A DNA stretch of 32,000 bases, from contig CP104013.1 of the NCBI GenBank assembly GCA_025839675.1, forward strand, positions 2,310,001 through 2,342,000. The letters run 5' to 3'. Shown one piece after another: positions 1 to 9,439 of this stretch. Source of the stretch: Candidatus Lokiarchaeum ossiferum (GTDB taxonomy: Archaea; Asgardarchaeota; Lokiarchaeia; Sigyniarchaeales; Promethearchaeaceae). Made by a program: the position numbers and the translations under genes. The notes under the pieces are model-generated. The model searched no databases, was not told where the DNA came from, and saw nothing but the letters and a program-made list of their open reading frames with translations. Numbering within the stretch: the stretch's first letter is position 1; each line of letters starts with the position of its first letter.

Positions 1-39
1 AGTATGGGAACTGAAAATCACTAAATCATAGAGATTATT

Positions 40-1212
40 ATGTCGAATTCTCTCTTTTTTTTATTTTCGGAAAAAATATCTCCAGAACGATTGGAGTGGA
101 TCTCTTTAATTCAAAATTTCTCCAAAAATACACTGACTATTGGAATTACGGGGGATGCCCTATATTCTTTTACAGATCAAAGCTTATTTCCAGAATGGGA
201 ATCTATAATACGTAACCAAAGATGCAATATTCATCTGGATCAATGGGAGGCAGAAATCCGGGGAATCACGATAAAATCGCTAACAAAAAACTACAAAATT
301 TCTTCCCTTACAAATATTAAATTATCAAAGAATATCAAAATAGGATTTTGGGATGCCATTCTCCAACTTGAAGAATTTAGAAATTTTAAAGATAATTATA
401 TGGGATTTCTCCAAATGAAAGGTCCCTATATGAGCCGTAATTCAGTTTATGCAGTTAATTTCTTAGAATCCTCATTAAAGAATAAAAAAAAAGCTCAATT
501 GTTGTGCTATTTAGATGGAGTTCACACAGGACATATAAATCAAGCACCTTCAGAATTTGAGAATATTGGTAGACTAATTTCCATGTATACAGATCCTCAA
601 ACGCATAACAATCAGATAATGGAAACTCTGGCATGTTCTCGTTGTTGTATCGCTCGAGGTTATGGAGAAATAAACCAGAATAATGAGGAATACAAAGCAA
701 AATCAGTAATTGATGGGTTTCGAATTTGCAATTTAAATGAAATTGTGGATCAATTCGAGCGAAGTTCTCCCATTTTTGCACCGAATGTGGGGATGTGGAT
801 CAATTCCACTGAAAAAAAATTTATTTCTTCCCCCGAAATCTTGTTGATGATGACCCACACCCCATATCAAGAAGAATTTACCTTTGGAGGGTTGTCATTT
901 GCGATGGCTTGTGCAAATCATGGCATTCATGTCTCTATTTTATTTGTTGAAGATGGAATTTATAATCTTGTTGGAGAACACAAAATCCATTCTCAAGATC
1001 ACGTATTCAACATTCAAGAAATCGTAGATGTCACATGGGAAATGGACAAAATCGACTATTACATATACACACCTTCAATATTGAGGAGAAATGTATCAAT
1101 TAATGGATATTTGAATTTTGTAAACCCACTCTCAACTGAGGAATTACAGTTGTTGATTTCGAAACATACAAACCAAGAAAATTCAAATATGGGGAGAATA
1201 ATATTTTTTTAA
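40..1212 (+). CDS. multi-domain DsrE/DsrF/DsrH-like (sulfur-relay fold) protein
   Basis: 390-aa ATG..TAA ORF. The middle region (FLQMKGPYMSRNSVYAVNFLESSL..YLDGVHTG..LACSRCCIARGY) and the C-terminal region (LLMMTHTPYQEEFTFGGLSFAMACANHGIHVSILFVEDGIYNLV..IYTPSILRRNV..RIIFF) each follow the DsrE/TusD-type pattern as I remember it. No search was run. Confidence 0.5.
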   Translation: MSNSLFFLFSEKISPERLEWISLIQNFSKNTLTIGITGDALYSFTDQSLFPEWESIIRNQRCNIHLDQWEAEIRGITIKSLTKNYKISSLTNIKLSKNIKIGFWDAILQLEEFRNFKDNYMGFLQMKGPYMSRNSVYAVNFLESSLKNKKKAQLLCYLDGVHTGHINQAPSEFENIGRLISMYTDPQTHNNQIMETLACSRCCIARGYGEINQNNEEYKAKSVIDGFRICNLNEIVDQFERSSPIFAPNVGMWINSTEKKFISSPEILLMMTHTPYQEEFTFGGLSFAMACANHGIHVSILFVEDGIYNLVGEHKIHSQDHVFNIQEIVDVTWEMDKIDYYIYTPSILRRNVSINGYLNFVNPLSTEELQLLISKHTNQENSNMGRIIFF

Positions 1213-1238
1213 AGGCATTTTCATAAAGGGAAAGAAAA

Positions 1239-1466
1239 ATGGATAAACCTAAAGAAGTTCAAGATTTCACACACTTCACTTGCACAAATCTAATGCTGAA
1301 ACTGAAAATCTTATTAAAAAAATTAAGATCAGGGGAGAATCTACATTTCTTTTCAACTCGAGAACAATATGCTAACATTGAAAAACCGTTCTCCAAAGCT
1401 CCTTATTCCTTTGATGCACAAAAAGTGGAAGATAATACATATCTGATCAAAATTTTTAAGGATTGA
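1239..1466 (+). CDS. TusA/SirA-like small sulfur-carrier-fold protein (CPxP replaced by CTNL)
   Basis: 75-aa ORF 27 nt downstream of the DsrE-like gene. It aligns by eye along its whole length with E. coli TusA (FTCTNLMLKLKILLKKLRSGENLHFF vs [26 protein letters not shown]; C-terminal YLIKIFK vs YRYLIRK). The Cys is retained. Confidence 0.55.
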   Translation: MDKPKEVQDFTHFTCTNLMLKLKILLKKLRSGENLHFFSTREQYANIEKPFSKAPYSFDAQKVEDNTYLIKIFKD

Positions 1467-1551
1467 AAGAAAAATTACAATTAACAATACTGATAAAATA
1501 AAAATCCACAAGATTCACTCGGTTTTTTTCCATCACAATCAAGAATACATC

Positions 1552-1863
1552 TTGTTTTCTTTGAAAAACTCCATTAAAGACTTTTTATACTTTCAAAATA
1601 TGGACAAAACTATTCAAGCGCTCTTTTTTGGAGACAATTTCCAGGAAAAAATTCCCCAAATCATGAAAACACCCGATGAAAATTGCATTGAATGTAATCT
1701 CGGACGCAATATAATTGGAGGAATCTCAAAGGATGGTAATGATCAAGTCGATTTTGGTCTACAACCAGAAGATGCAAATCAAATTCTTCATCTTTTAAAG
1801 AAGCATCCTGCCTTAATTAATTTCAAACCAGACAATTTTGATTTAATATCTGAGGATCAATAA
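1552..1863 (+). CDS. hypothetical protein
   Basis: 103-aa ORF with a TTG start; an in-frame ATG at 1600 (MDKTIQALFFGD..) is the more likely start. TAA stop. Same strand as the DsrE/TusA-like pair. No motif recognised. Confidence 0.4.
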   Translation: MFSLKNSIKDFLYFQNMDKTIQALFFGDNFQEKIPQIMKTPDENCIECNLGRNIIGGISKDGNDQVDFGLQPEDANQILHLLKKHPALINFKPDNFDLISEDQ

Positions 1864-1895
1864 AGATTAAAAAAACCTCCTGCTGATAGACAAAT

Positions 1896-2312
1896 GTGAA
1901 CAATCAAGAAGATTCAACTCAATTTCTTCAAGGTTTTTTAAAAGTTAGTGGTATTCTCGAGATATTCTTTGGGATTGTTATCATTTTTATTGGTCGAATT
2001 ATGCACCAGCTCAATCTTCCTTTCCTTCCTTTCTGGCACTTGTCTTTTGGGTTATCACTGGCAACCATGGGAATCTTACTATACATTTCGGGAAGAGATT
2101 TACAAAGATATCAGATTATTCCTTACATCTCTTGTGGATACCGATTAATTCTTGCAGGTTTCCAAACTTATACCGCAATCACAGTTGTTGAGATTAGAAT
2201 TTTCATGATTTTGGGGGCCATTTTTGACATTGTGTCACCGTTATTTATTTTATATCTACTGGGCAAAAACAATTTCTTGCAAAATGAACAGGAAAAAAGA
2301 AAGAAAAAGTAA
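1896..2312 (+). CDS. small integral membrane protein (about 4 TM)
   Basis: 138-aa ORF with a GTG start, four hydrophobic segments and a Lys-rich C-terminus (EKRKKK). TAA stop. Confidence 0.5.
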   Translation: MNNQEDSTQFLQGFLKVSGILEIFFGIVIIFIGRIMHQLNLPFLPFWHLSFGLSLATMGILLYISGRDLQRYQIIPYISCGYRLILAGFQTYTAITVVEIRIFMILGAIFDIVSPLFILYLLGKNNFLQNEQEKRKKK

Positions 2313-2326
2313 AAAGAAAAATGTAT

Positions 2327-3286
2327 TTACACGTACTTTTGACCACATGTGGAACAAAAGGTCGCATTTTTATCAATTTTGGGGGCACCACAGAAAGAAC
2401 AATGGTCTTCTGACCCACCTAACCCAGAAATTCGGGAAGGATCTACGGCATTTGTTGAAGGTCTAAGCGTCGGAGAATTATTCATACCAGGTTGTTCTTG
2501 CCCATATCTTTGGTGAGAAGGAGAAGAAGTCGTAGCATAGGATGAGAATTGGGGTTGTCCATAAGCCATCGAAGGTTGAGAAAATACTGTTTCTAAAGGA
2601 TATGAGGCTTTTATCAACTTGCCTAATTTCCAAAAACCAAATATGAAAAGAACCTCTCCGAGATTTAATAAAATTAGTCCCCAAATACCAGAAATAGTAA
2701 AAATATAACTCATAATTTCGAGAACCAATGAATAAATTAAACCAATTTTCATTATCAAGAATACTGATTTAGTCGCATCCCCAAGAAAAGGTTTTTCCGC
2801 TTGATTAGGTAAAATCCGAACCCATTTTTCAAGAAATATTATAGAAATAATGGCTAGAGAATTTAAAACCATTGAAAGAATAATTAATACGACATAATTG
2901 GTCACAAATAGAAAAACAATAATATTCAAGAAGATTGTAGAAAGTTCCAACCGGAAGACATTTCGGAGATTAATATCACCAGTTACTTTGGACACATCGT
3001 TCAATTTGACCAAATATCTAACATAAAACACAAACGATATCAAAAGCCCAATAAATGACAGAAAGCCATACAGGAGAATTTTACCCGCTATAGGTCCTAA
3101 GGCTTCCGCAACTGCTTCTTGATCGTTAATATTAGTGGGAATTTCTTCCATTAAAGGAAGCAATTCATTAATGACAATTATACCAAGAACAAGCATAATG
3201 ATACGTGCAATCGCCAACCTTGTTATTGCTATTGCATATTTCGCAATGTTTCTTGGAACTACATCGAGTTGATTTGAAAATGACAT
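2327..3286 (-). CDS. membrane protein with C-terminal zinc-ribbon
   Basis: 319-aa ORF. About 6 hydrophobic helices are followed by a Q/P/S-rich linker and a CSFCGAPKIDKNATFCSTCGQKY (CxxC-x11-CxxC) zinc ribbon. Confidence 0.7.
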   Translation of the reverse strand: MSFSNQLDVVPRNIAKYAIAITRLAIARIIMLVLGIIVINELLPLMEEIPTNINDQEAVAEALGPIAGKILLYGFLSFIGLLISFVFYVRYLVKLNDVSKVTGDINLRNVFRLELSTIFLNIIVFLFVTNYVVLIILSMVLNSLAIISIIFLEKWVRILPNQAEKPFLGDATKSVFLIMKIGLIYSLVLEIMSYIFTISGIWGLILLNLGEVLFIFGFWKLGKLIKASYPLETVFSQPSMAYGQPQFSSYATTSSPSHQRYGQEQPGMNNSPTLRPSTNAVDPSRISGLGGSEDHCSFCGAPKIDKNATFCSTCGQKYV

Positions 3287-3465
3287 TTTATTTTTCCTTA
3301 CGAGATTAGAAGAAGAGGACTTATAATATTTTTTGGATTGATTTTTTTTTGAATCGAAAGCGGTTGGTTATTATTAAGGAAAAGCATTTTTAGAACGAAG
3401 AACAGCATTTCATATCAAAAAATAGTAAAAATGTAAGAAATATAGGGTATCCAAGAAAAAAGAGA

Positions 3466-4233
3466 TTAAATTTCTTCAATTTTCTTCCCATTGTTCCAAA
3501 AATAATCCCACAACTGGCAAATAAACAGAAAAGCAGGATTTTGAGAAGAAGACACATAAAAGCAAGACTCAAAATCAGGATTAGTTTCATTTTTTGGCAA
3601 AAATAATAATGCTTCACCATTATCAGTGATACAGATAGAATATCGAACAAAATCATAGAGACGGGCATCAATAGTTAAACTACTTTTTTCAATCTTATCC
3701 CGCATCGCTACCAAGCTAGGAGGAACAATAAATTCAACAGATATCCCAGCTTTTCCAAAAGGAAAAGGCTGATCAACCATCATCTTTAGCGATTTTTGGG
3801 CTCTTTCAGTAATTTCTTGCATTTTGAACATAACTGGTCCAGTGCCCTTGATGAATACTGCATTTTTTAAAAGAGGGAGATCTGCAAGAAGAAATTCTGG
3901 TAAATCAAGTATGTCATGGAGGGTAAAAATATGCTTAAACTCACAGAAGAAATGTAAAGGTTGAAGGGAATGATGAATAAGTGCCCCATATTTGGTTAAA
4001 GAAATTTGTCGCGATTTAGCATCCTTTTCCAACACGCCTTGATCAAATAACCGGTTAAGATGGCGAGATACTTCAGAATTTGACAGAGCAACTTGAGTTG
4101 CAATATTTGAAAAGTTCGAAGGAGATTTTTGGACGATTGACAATATTTGTAATCGGGTAGGATGACAAATATCTGCCAATACTTGCTTCCATGTGTCTTG
4201 CATCATTTTCTCATGTATGGAAGGATTTACCAA
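3466..4233 (-). CDS. ArsR-type winged-helix transcriptional regulator with FilR1/DUF1724-like C-terminal domain
   Basis: HPTRLQILSIVQKSPSNFSNIATQVALSNSEVSRHLNRLFDQGVLEKDAKSRQISLTKYG is a typical ArsR wHTH. The ~170-aa C-terminal extension resembles the FilR1-type domain. The track start is TTG; the ATG at 4206 (MMQDTWKQ..) is the probable true start. Confidence 0.7.
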   Translation of the reverse strand: MVNPSIHEKMMQDTWKQVLADICHPTRLQILSIVQKSPSNFSNIATQVALSNSEVSRHLNRLFDQGVLEKDAKSRQISLTKYGALIHHSLQPLHFFCEFKHIFTLHDILDLPEFLLADLPLLKNAVFIKGTGPVMFKMQEITERAQKSLKMMVDQPFPFGKAGISVEFIVPPSLVAMRDKIEKSSLTIDARLYDFVRYSICITDNGEALLFLPKNETNPDFESCFYVSSSQNPAFLFICQLWDYFWNNGKKIEEI

Positions 4234-4363
4234 AATTAATGGTTTTTGATCTTTCTTACTTAGTAGGAATATTCATACTTTGTTGGGAATTGCCATGAGT
4301 GAAAGGTTTTTTCTTCAATTGTATTTATATTTGAAGTTTAAACTTAATTAAATTAGAATTACT

Positions 4364-5284
4364 ATGAATCAAACTCAAATTCCTCGCTCCACCCAATCTT
4401 CGGAATCCGTTCTGGATCGTCTGTTCATTGGACTTTTAGCCATTCTCTGTGGGATCATTTTAGCATATCTCTCCATCATGGGACCACTTGGATTCTCCAT
4501 AATGGAACATCATACATCTCCTTCCGCAATTTATCAAACCATTGGCCAAGATCTTGCCAATTTAATCGTTTTAGTTCCACTTCTCATTATAGGTGGAATA
4601 ACTCATATCATGCACAAACCATGTTCCAAGTATTTGCTAATATTGACGCCAATTTACTTGCTCTATATGGCAATTTCTTATACTATTGGGCAAGAATGGA
4701 ATCGAGTAGAGTATACTGGAAACATCGAACAATATTTCTATCAATTCCTAATTTTGATCATCGGAGGATTAATACTCTTAATATATACCTTGTCAAATTT
4801 TGATTTCAATGAATCACCCGATTTCAATCCCAAATCATTGCGAATTTATGTTCTCATATTTTGCTTAGCGCTAACATTTTTTGCTATAATGTGGATTGGA
4901 GAAGTTAATGAAGTATTACTTACAGGCGATACGGTTTCAAATTCTTATAGTTCAGCACCCACAGTATTTTGGGTAATCAGAATTTTTGATCTGGGAATCT
5001 CAATTCCATTAGGGTTCATTAGTGTATTTTTGCTGTTAAGAAATGTAAAGAAATTTTATCCATTGATTTTACTATCCTACGGATTTTTTATTACTATGAT
5101 CACCGCAGTCAACTGTATGGGTTTTGTGATGTTAGCGAACAATGATCCCGAATTACAACCTGGAGGTTTAGTTATCTTCCTTGTTATGGCAATTTTAGCC
5201 TACTCCGGATTTTTCTATTTGATCAAAGATAAAATATATAAAAAAAAACGGATTAGTCAATTGCTGATAGCAATTGACGGCTAA
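4364..5284 (+). CDS. polytopic integral membrane protein (about 8 TM), unknown function
   Basis: 306-aa ATG..TAA ORF, hydrophobic throughout, divergent from the ArsR-type regulator across a 130-bp spacer. Confidence 0.65.
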   Translation: MNQTQIPRSTQSSESVLDRLFIGLLAILCGIILAYLSIMGPLGFSIMEHHTSPSAIYQTIGQDLANLIVLVPLLIIGGITHIMHKPCSKYLLILTPIYLLYMAISYTIGQEWNRVEYTGNIEQYFYQFLILIIGGLILLIYTLSNFDFNESPDFNPKSLRIYVLIFCLALTFFAIMWIGEVNEVLLTGDTVSNSYSSAPTVFWVIRIFDLGISIPLGFISVFLLLRNVKKFYPLILLSYGFFITMITAVNCMGFVMLANNDPELQPGGLVIFLVMAILAYSGFFYLIKDKIYKKKRISQLLIAIDG

Positions 5285-5346
5285 TAGGCATTCAATAACT
5301 ACAATGATGATCGAAAAAGCTAGTGATACTATTGGGTAACGAATTA

Positions 5347-5358
5347 TTTTTTTTTTTT
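5347..5358 (+). terminator. oligo-T tract (12 T), candidate archaeal terminator
   Basis: A T12 run about 60 nt downstream of the 4364-5284 stop. Archaeal RNA polymerase terminates at oligo-T. Confidence 0.4.
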
Positions 5359-5808
5359 GGGCGATAACATTGATACTATGCTATTAGTAAATTTTCGGAG
5401 TTATTGATATCTATTCAGTATAGAATGTCGGCTAGACTGATTGACATCCACATGTGCCACACACCCATTGAATTAACAGAAGTTTAAACTTAAACTCAGA
5501 AAAATGAGTCATATAATGAAAGATGGACAGAAAAGATCTATATTGGCAATTGTACTGAGAAACGGAATAATTGTTAAAATTTTTTAAATTTCAACAATGC
5601 TTTGCTCATCTGATTATCCATATTTCGATAAAGCGGAAGAAATAGTCGAAAGTCGAATCTACATGATTAAAAAGAAAAGAAGTGCCAATTCATCAAGTAA
5701 TTTTACTTATAGGGGTAATTAGGACGTTTGCCAGACCATAGGGATAACTTAAACTGATAATAGAGAATACTTATTAGTTAATAAAGTAAAAAATGATATG
5801 ATACTATC

Positions 5809-6297
5809 ATGCAAAAACAATTTTTAGAAGATATGATTCAAGCGATGAGCGGGGTATGCACTCATATTTCACCAGATGATGCTCTCGTTAATCTTTCCCC
5901 TCAAGAATCTAAGATAAAACCAGAAAATAAGCTCCATTCTTGCTGGGATCTATTACACCATCTCATTGCTTGGCAAAATATCATAATTCAAAATTTAGAA
6001 GGAAAATTTAGAGATTGGTCGAATATCCCCGTAGAGGAGAATTGGCCCACTGAAGAAGATCTCAGCGATGAACAAAATTTCATCAAATTAAAAAACAAAT
6101 TAAAAACTAATGTTGAAAAAATTAAGCAATTATTAGATACAATGGATTTAATGGAATTTGTGAAAATAATAAGTGGAGAGAAAAAAAAACCAGTCACAAA
6201 ATTCAGGTTAATATTAGTTTTTCTTCAACATACATCTTATCATATTGGCCAAATTATAACTACACGCAAACTATTAGGAATTTGGGATGAAGACTGA
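5809..6297 (+). CDS. DinB-superfamily (DinB_2-like) protein
   Basis: 162-aa ORF with the four-helix-bundle His pattern (HHLIAWQNII .. LQHTSYHIGQIITTRKLLG) typical of DinB/YfiT-like proteins. Confidence 0.55.
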   Translation: MQKQFLEDMIQAMSGVCTHISPDDALVNLSPQESKIKPENKLHSCWDLLHHLIAWQNIIIQNLEGKFRDWSNIPVEENWPTEEDLSDEQNFIKLKNKLKTNVEKIKQLLDTMDLMEFVKIISGEKKKPVTKFRLILVFLQHTSYHIGQIITTRKLLGIWDED

Positions 6298-6393
6298 CTT
6301 GATTGACGCATTGATTTCTCTTTCATCATAAAGAAAAATTGGGTTAAGGAAATAAATTAAAACTGTTTGTGGAATTGCAATAAAAAAAAGAAT

Positions 6394-7344
6394 TTAAAAT
6401 TTTTTCTGAAGGAGAAACGTACTATTCATTTTTAAGAGAATATCTTCAATTTTTTCACAAAGATGCGTTCTATCATCTAATAAATGGTTTTTATAAAAAG
6501 ATGTTGAATAAAATCCTTCATTGTTAATTCCAAATTTAACCAATAGATGAAAACTATGGAAAAATATTCGACTGTTGAGAAATCCATTCCGGGATGCAAT
6601 TTTTCCACTATAACTAATCCATCTGTTCGGATATACGTCCCTCACACTTTGAATCCAAGAACTCATTTCATCCATGGCGAGAATCTTTCGCATAAAAATG
6701 ATATAAACAGTCACAGCGATCCGAAAATCTTCATTACAAGTATAGATCTCCTCAATAGGTTCGGTAATTTTGAATTTTATCAACTCTAAGATCTGATTTA
6801 ATTCTTGTTTGTCCATGAACCGATGGCGAGCGAAACCTCCAAATAGATCAGCACCATGAGCAATAGAATGAGCCCATCCCTTATCTACAACGGATCCACG
6901 AGTGTCTTTTTCATCGTGATAATATTGAATGCTGGTTTTTAAATAAGCTAGCAATTGATCTTTTGATAAAAAGGGGATTCGACCTTCAATTTCTTTTAAT
7001 GCGCATTTACTATCAAAATCAATAATAGATTCTAAGATTAATGCTGAAAATGCGCGTAAAAATACAGTATCAGTATTTTGTTCTCCAATTCCGACCAATA
7101 AATTTTTGGCTAAGCGATCCCCCATAATTAGTAATTCTTCATTAGAATAATTCCCTTTCATAATCCATTCATACAGAATCTCTAATGCACCTTCTCGAAG
7201 GTCAGAAACGGGAGAACCCAAGTAATCCATTAAAATTTCAGTTTGCTCTGTAAGCGTTGAATTAGGAAAAACTGCAAATGAGTTTTCCATAATCCATTTT
7301 ATATCTTCAAGTTTCATTGGACAATCTTGTATGTTAATTCTCAA
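6394..7344 (-). CDS. DUF2785-like alpha-helical protein
   Basis: LGSPVSDLREGALEILYEWI..SNEELL..GIGEQNTDTVFLRAFSALIL..DTRGSVVDKGWAHSIAHGADLF matches my recollection of the DUF2785 signature. The track start is TTG; the ATG at 7317 (MKLEDIKW..) is likely. Confidence 0.55.
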   Translation of the reverse strand: MRINIQDCPMKLEDIKWIMENSFAVFPNSTLTEQTEILMDYLGSPVSDLREGALEILYEWIMKGNYSNEELLIMGDRLAKNLLVGIGEQNTDTVFLRAFSALILESIIDFDSKCALKEIEGRIPFLSKDQLLAYLKTSIQYYHDEKDTRGSVVDKGWAHSIAHGADLFGGFARHRFMDKQELNQILELIKFKITEPIEEIYTCNEDFRIAVTVYIIFMRKILAMDEMSSWIQSVRDVYPNRWISYSGKIASRNGFLNSRIFFHSFHLLVKFGINNEGFYSTSFYKNHLLDDRTHLCEKIEDILLKMNSTFLLQKKF

Positions 7345-7445
7345 AAATATTTAAGTTTTTTAAATTTAGAAGAAAAATATTGTAGATGACAATCGAAGGG
7401 TCATTTTTTCATGAACTTTTGTTAATAAGGAAAAAGAAATGATAA

Positions 7446-7970
7446 CTATTGAGATGGAATGACATAATAGAAAAAAATTTGATCAATTCTCTGATCATTT
7501 CCTCCTTCTATAATTTCAGGGATTAACCCAAATTGACGAAATCTGATTTTACTGAAAAATCTTTGGGCTCTCAAATTATCCGCAGATGTATCAACCGTAA
7601 TCAATTTTTTTCCTTGCTGAGAAACCCACTTGCAAACATATTGAAAAAGCTACTGACTTATTCCAGATCCCCGATTTTGAGGTGCAGTGACTACCGCATA
7701 CATATGGTAACCTTTTTTATTCCAATATTCAGTATTTAGAGTCAATGAAGCAATCAACTCTTGTTTGAACTCAGCTACAAAACGAACTTCTAAATTCCCT
7801 CGGGATTTAAAACGAGCATCAGAACTCTGGAGAGCTTTTATTCCTTCTTCATTGTTCATTTTGTCAAAGATGTATTTAACTATCTTTTCAGGATCCGAAT
7901 TGCAATCATACGGTCTTAAAATAACTTTATCATCTTGAAATGGTTGCATATCGGATTTTTGGAATTTCAT
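7446..7970 (-). pseudogene. GNAT-family N-acetyltransferase interrupted by a single in-frame TAG (codon at 7650-7652)
   Basis: Track ORF 7650-7970 ends ..VVTAPQNRGSGISQ-TAG inside GNAT motif A (Q/RxxGxG). The same frame continues for 67 stop-free codons: LFQYVCKWVSQQGKKLITVDTSADNLRAQRFFSKIRFRQFGLIPEIIEGGNDQRIDQIFFYYVIPSQ, which is the rest of a GNAT fold. It ends at TAG 7446-7448. Confidence 0.75.
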
Positions 7971-8054
7971 TCTAAGTTGTGGAAATACATAACTGTTTAT
8001 AAAGTGAGCAGTTCAGTTTGGATTTTAATTAGAAAGAAATTAAAAAATTTGTTT

Positions 8055-9335
8055 TCAGTAATTTCTTGGAACTTCATTATAAGATTCTTCTTGTTCACGA
8101 ATGATGTTTTTTTCCGGTAAGATTTCTCTTTTGGATCTATTTGCCAATTGAAGCAAAATTAAATATGAAAAAGCGCCGATTAATGCAATTACACCGCCAA
8201 AATACCACACCAACTTAGAATCCATATTATCCATTATCAAGCCTGCTAATAGAACACCAAATATTGTAGGAAAAATATGAGCATAGCCAAAAATGGCCAT
8301 ATATCGCCCCCTTTTATCTTCAGGTGCAAAACTCGCTGCCAAAGTTTGAGAGAATGCAGCAATAATAATTTCACCCGAAGTAATTACAAACATCGCAATA
8401 AAGAACATAGGAACGGTAGAAACAAATCCATACATTGCAAAACCAATTGCATAGAGCACAGTCCCTAACGCGATCATTTTTAGGGGTTCAAATTTAGAAA
8501 TCAAACGAGTAACAGGAAATTGTAAAATTACTACCATTAATGCATTCATACTGATTAATAACCCAAAACTGCTTATCGGAAATGCGTATTCTTGTAAAAG
8601 AAAGACGGACAACGAACTATTCATTTGCATGTAAACAAAACTTACCAAAGTGGTTATTGCAACATAAAACATGAATATCCAATCTTTAAACACTTCCTTA
8701 TACCCTCCAACAGTTTCCATTACAGTTTTAACGGGCTCATCTTCAGATAATTGTGGTTTTGTTTCGGGTATTACCAAAAATACTATAATAGCAGTAATCG
8801 AACTTGCCACAGCATCAGCTATAAATAATAACAAATACGATCTTGATGCAAGCAACCCTCCTATGGCGGGACCGATAGTCACAGCTAAATTGGCCATAAC
8901 TCTCAGAATCCCAAAACCTTCCGGTTGATTCTTCGGAGGTAAGAGATCGGCCACCATTGCTTGTTGAGCAGGTCCACCAGCATTTCCAACCAAACCCATA
9001 AATCCAGCCACAATATAAAACCAATTTATATCATTAATTACCCCCATTAAGATACTACTTAATCCGCTTACAACCAAACCAAAAAGGAGCATTTTTTTTC
9101 TTCCAAACTTGTCAGTTAATGCTCCCCCAATAAAATTGCCAAAAAATGAACCAATACCAAAAAGCGAGAATAAAAATCCTACTTCAGTCATCCCAACCTT
9201 GAATTTATCAGTTATATAAATGGCAAAGAAAGGAAATAAAAGGGCACCTCCCACTTGATCAATAAAAGTGGCGAATATTAGCACCCAAAATGTTTTGGGA
9301 AATTTCTGATAGGTATTTTCTAAATTTTTGAACAT
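8055..9335 (-). CDS. MFS transporter
   Basis: About 12 TM; MFS motif A-like GGALTDKFGRKKMLL. ATG at 9335 (MFKNLENTYQKFPKTFWVL) parallels the paralog N-terminus; the track start at 9353 is TTG. TGA stop. Confidence 0.85.
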   Translation of the reverse strand: MFKNLENTYQKFPKTFWVLIFATFIDQVGGALLFPFFAIYITDKFKVGMTEVGFLFSLFGIGSFFGNFIGGALTDKFGRKKMLLFGLVVSGLSSILMGVINDINWFYIVAGFMGLVGNAGGPAQQAMVADLLPPKNQPEGFGILRVMANLAVTIGPAIGGLLASRSYLLLFIADAVASSITAIIVFLVIPETKPQLSEDEPVKTVMETVGGYKEVFKDWIFMFYVAITTLVSFVYMQMNSSLSVFLLQEYAFPISSFGLLISMNALMVVILQFPVTRLISKFEPLKMIALGTVLYAIGFAMYGFVSTVPMFFIAMFVITSGEIIIAAFSQTLAASFAPEDKRGRYMAIFGYAHIFPTIFGVLLAGLIMDNMDSKLVWYFGGVIALIGAFSYLILLQLANRSKREILPEKNIIREQEESYNEVPRNY

Positions 9336-9439
9336 GTTACTTATTACTTCCAAATTTTGATTGTTTATTAAGTGCTCTTAAGATTTACTCTTGAAATTTT
9401 TCTGGTTTTTCATAAAATTATTCTAAGAGAAAAAAAAAC

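Noticed and set aside
3390-3671. 93-aa minus-strand ORF overlapping the 3' end of the ArsR-type regulator gene
   Set aside because: It is an out-of-frame overlap with a motif-supported gene, and its translation is a low-complexity Leu/Phe-rich sequence typical of AT-rich noise.
5304-5345. Possible C/D-box sRNA (ATGATGA at 5305-5311) in the 524-bp ORF-free spacer 5285-5808
   Set aside because: A C-box-like heptamer is present, but there are no CUGA D or D' boxes at the expected spacing and no terminal pairing. A single ATGATGA is expected by chance in AT-rich DNA.
4333-5493. Exact 15-mer GAAGTTTAAACTTAA (contains the 12-nt palindrome AAGTTTAAACTT) at 4333-4347 and 5479-5493, flanking the membrane gene next to the ArsR-type regulator, as a possible operator
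   Set aside because: My rough estimate is that a few exact 15-mer repeats of this AT-rich composition are expected by chance in 32 kb. It is worth a genome-wide motif count, but it is not supportable as a feature here.
7650-7652. Pyrrolysine (UAG) recoding as the preferred explanation for the GNAT in-frame TAG and other TAG contexts
   Set aside because: TAG terminates 4 of the 31 genes I counted, similar to TGA (5). One of these is the well-delimited ABC ATPase. No pyl genes are in the window. I kept this only as a low-probability alternative in the findings.
7533-7739. 68-aa plus-strand ORF
   Set aside because: It lies antisense to the post-TAG half of the GNAT gene, whose minus-strand translation has clear family similarity.
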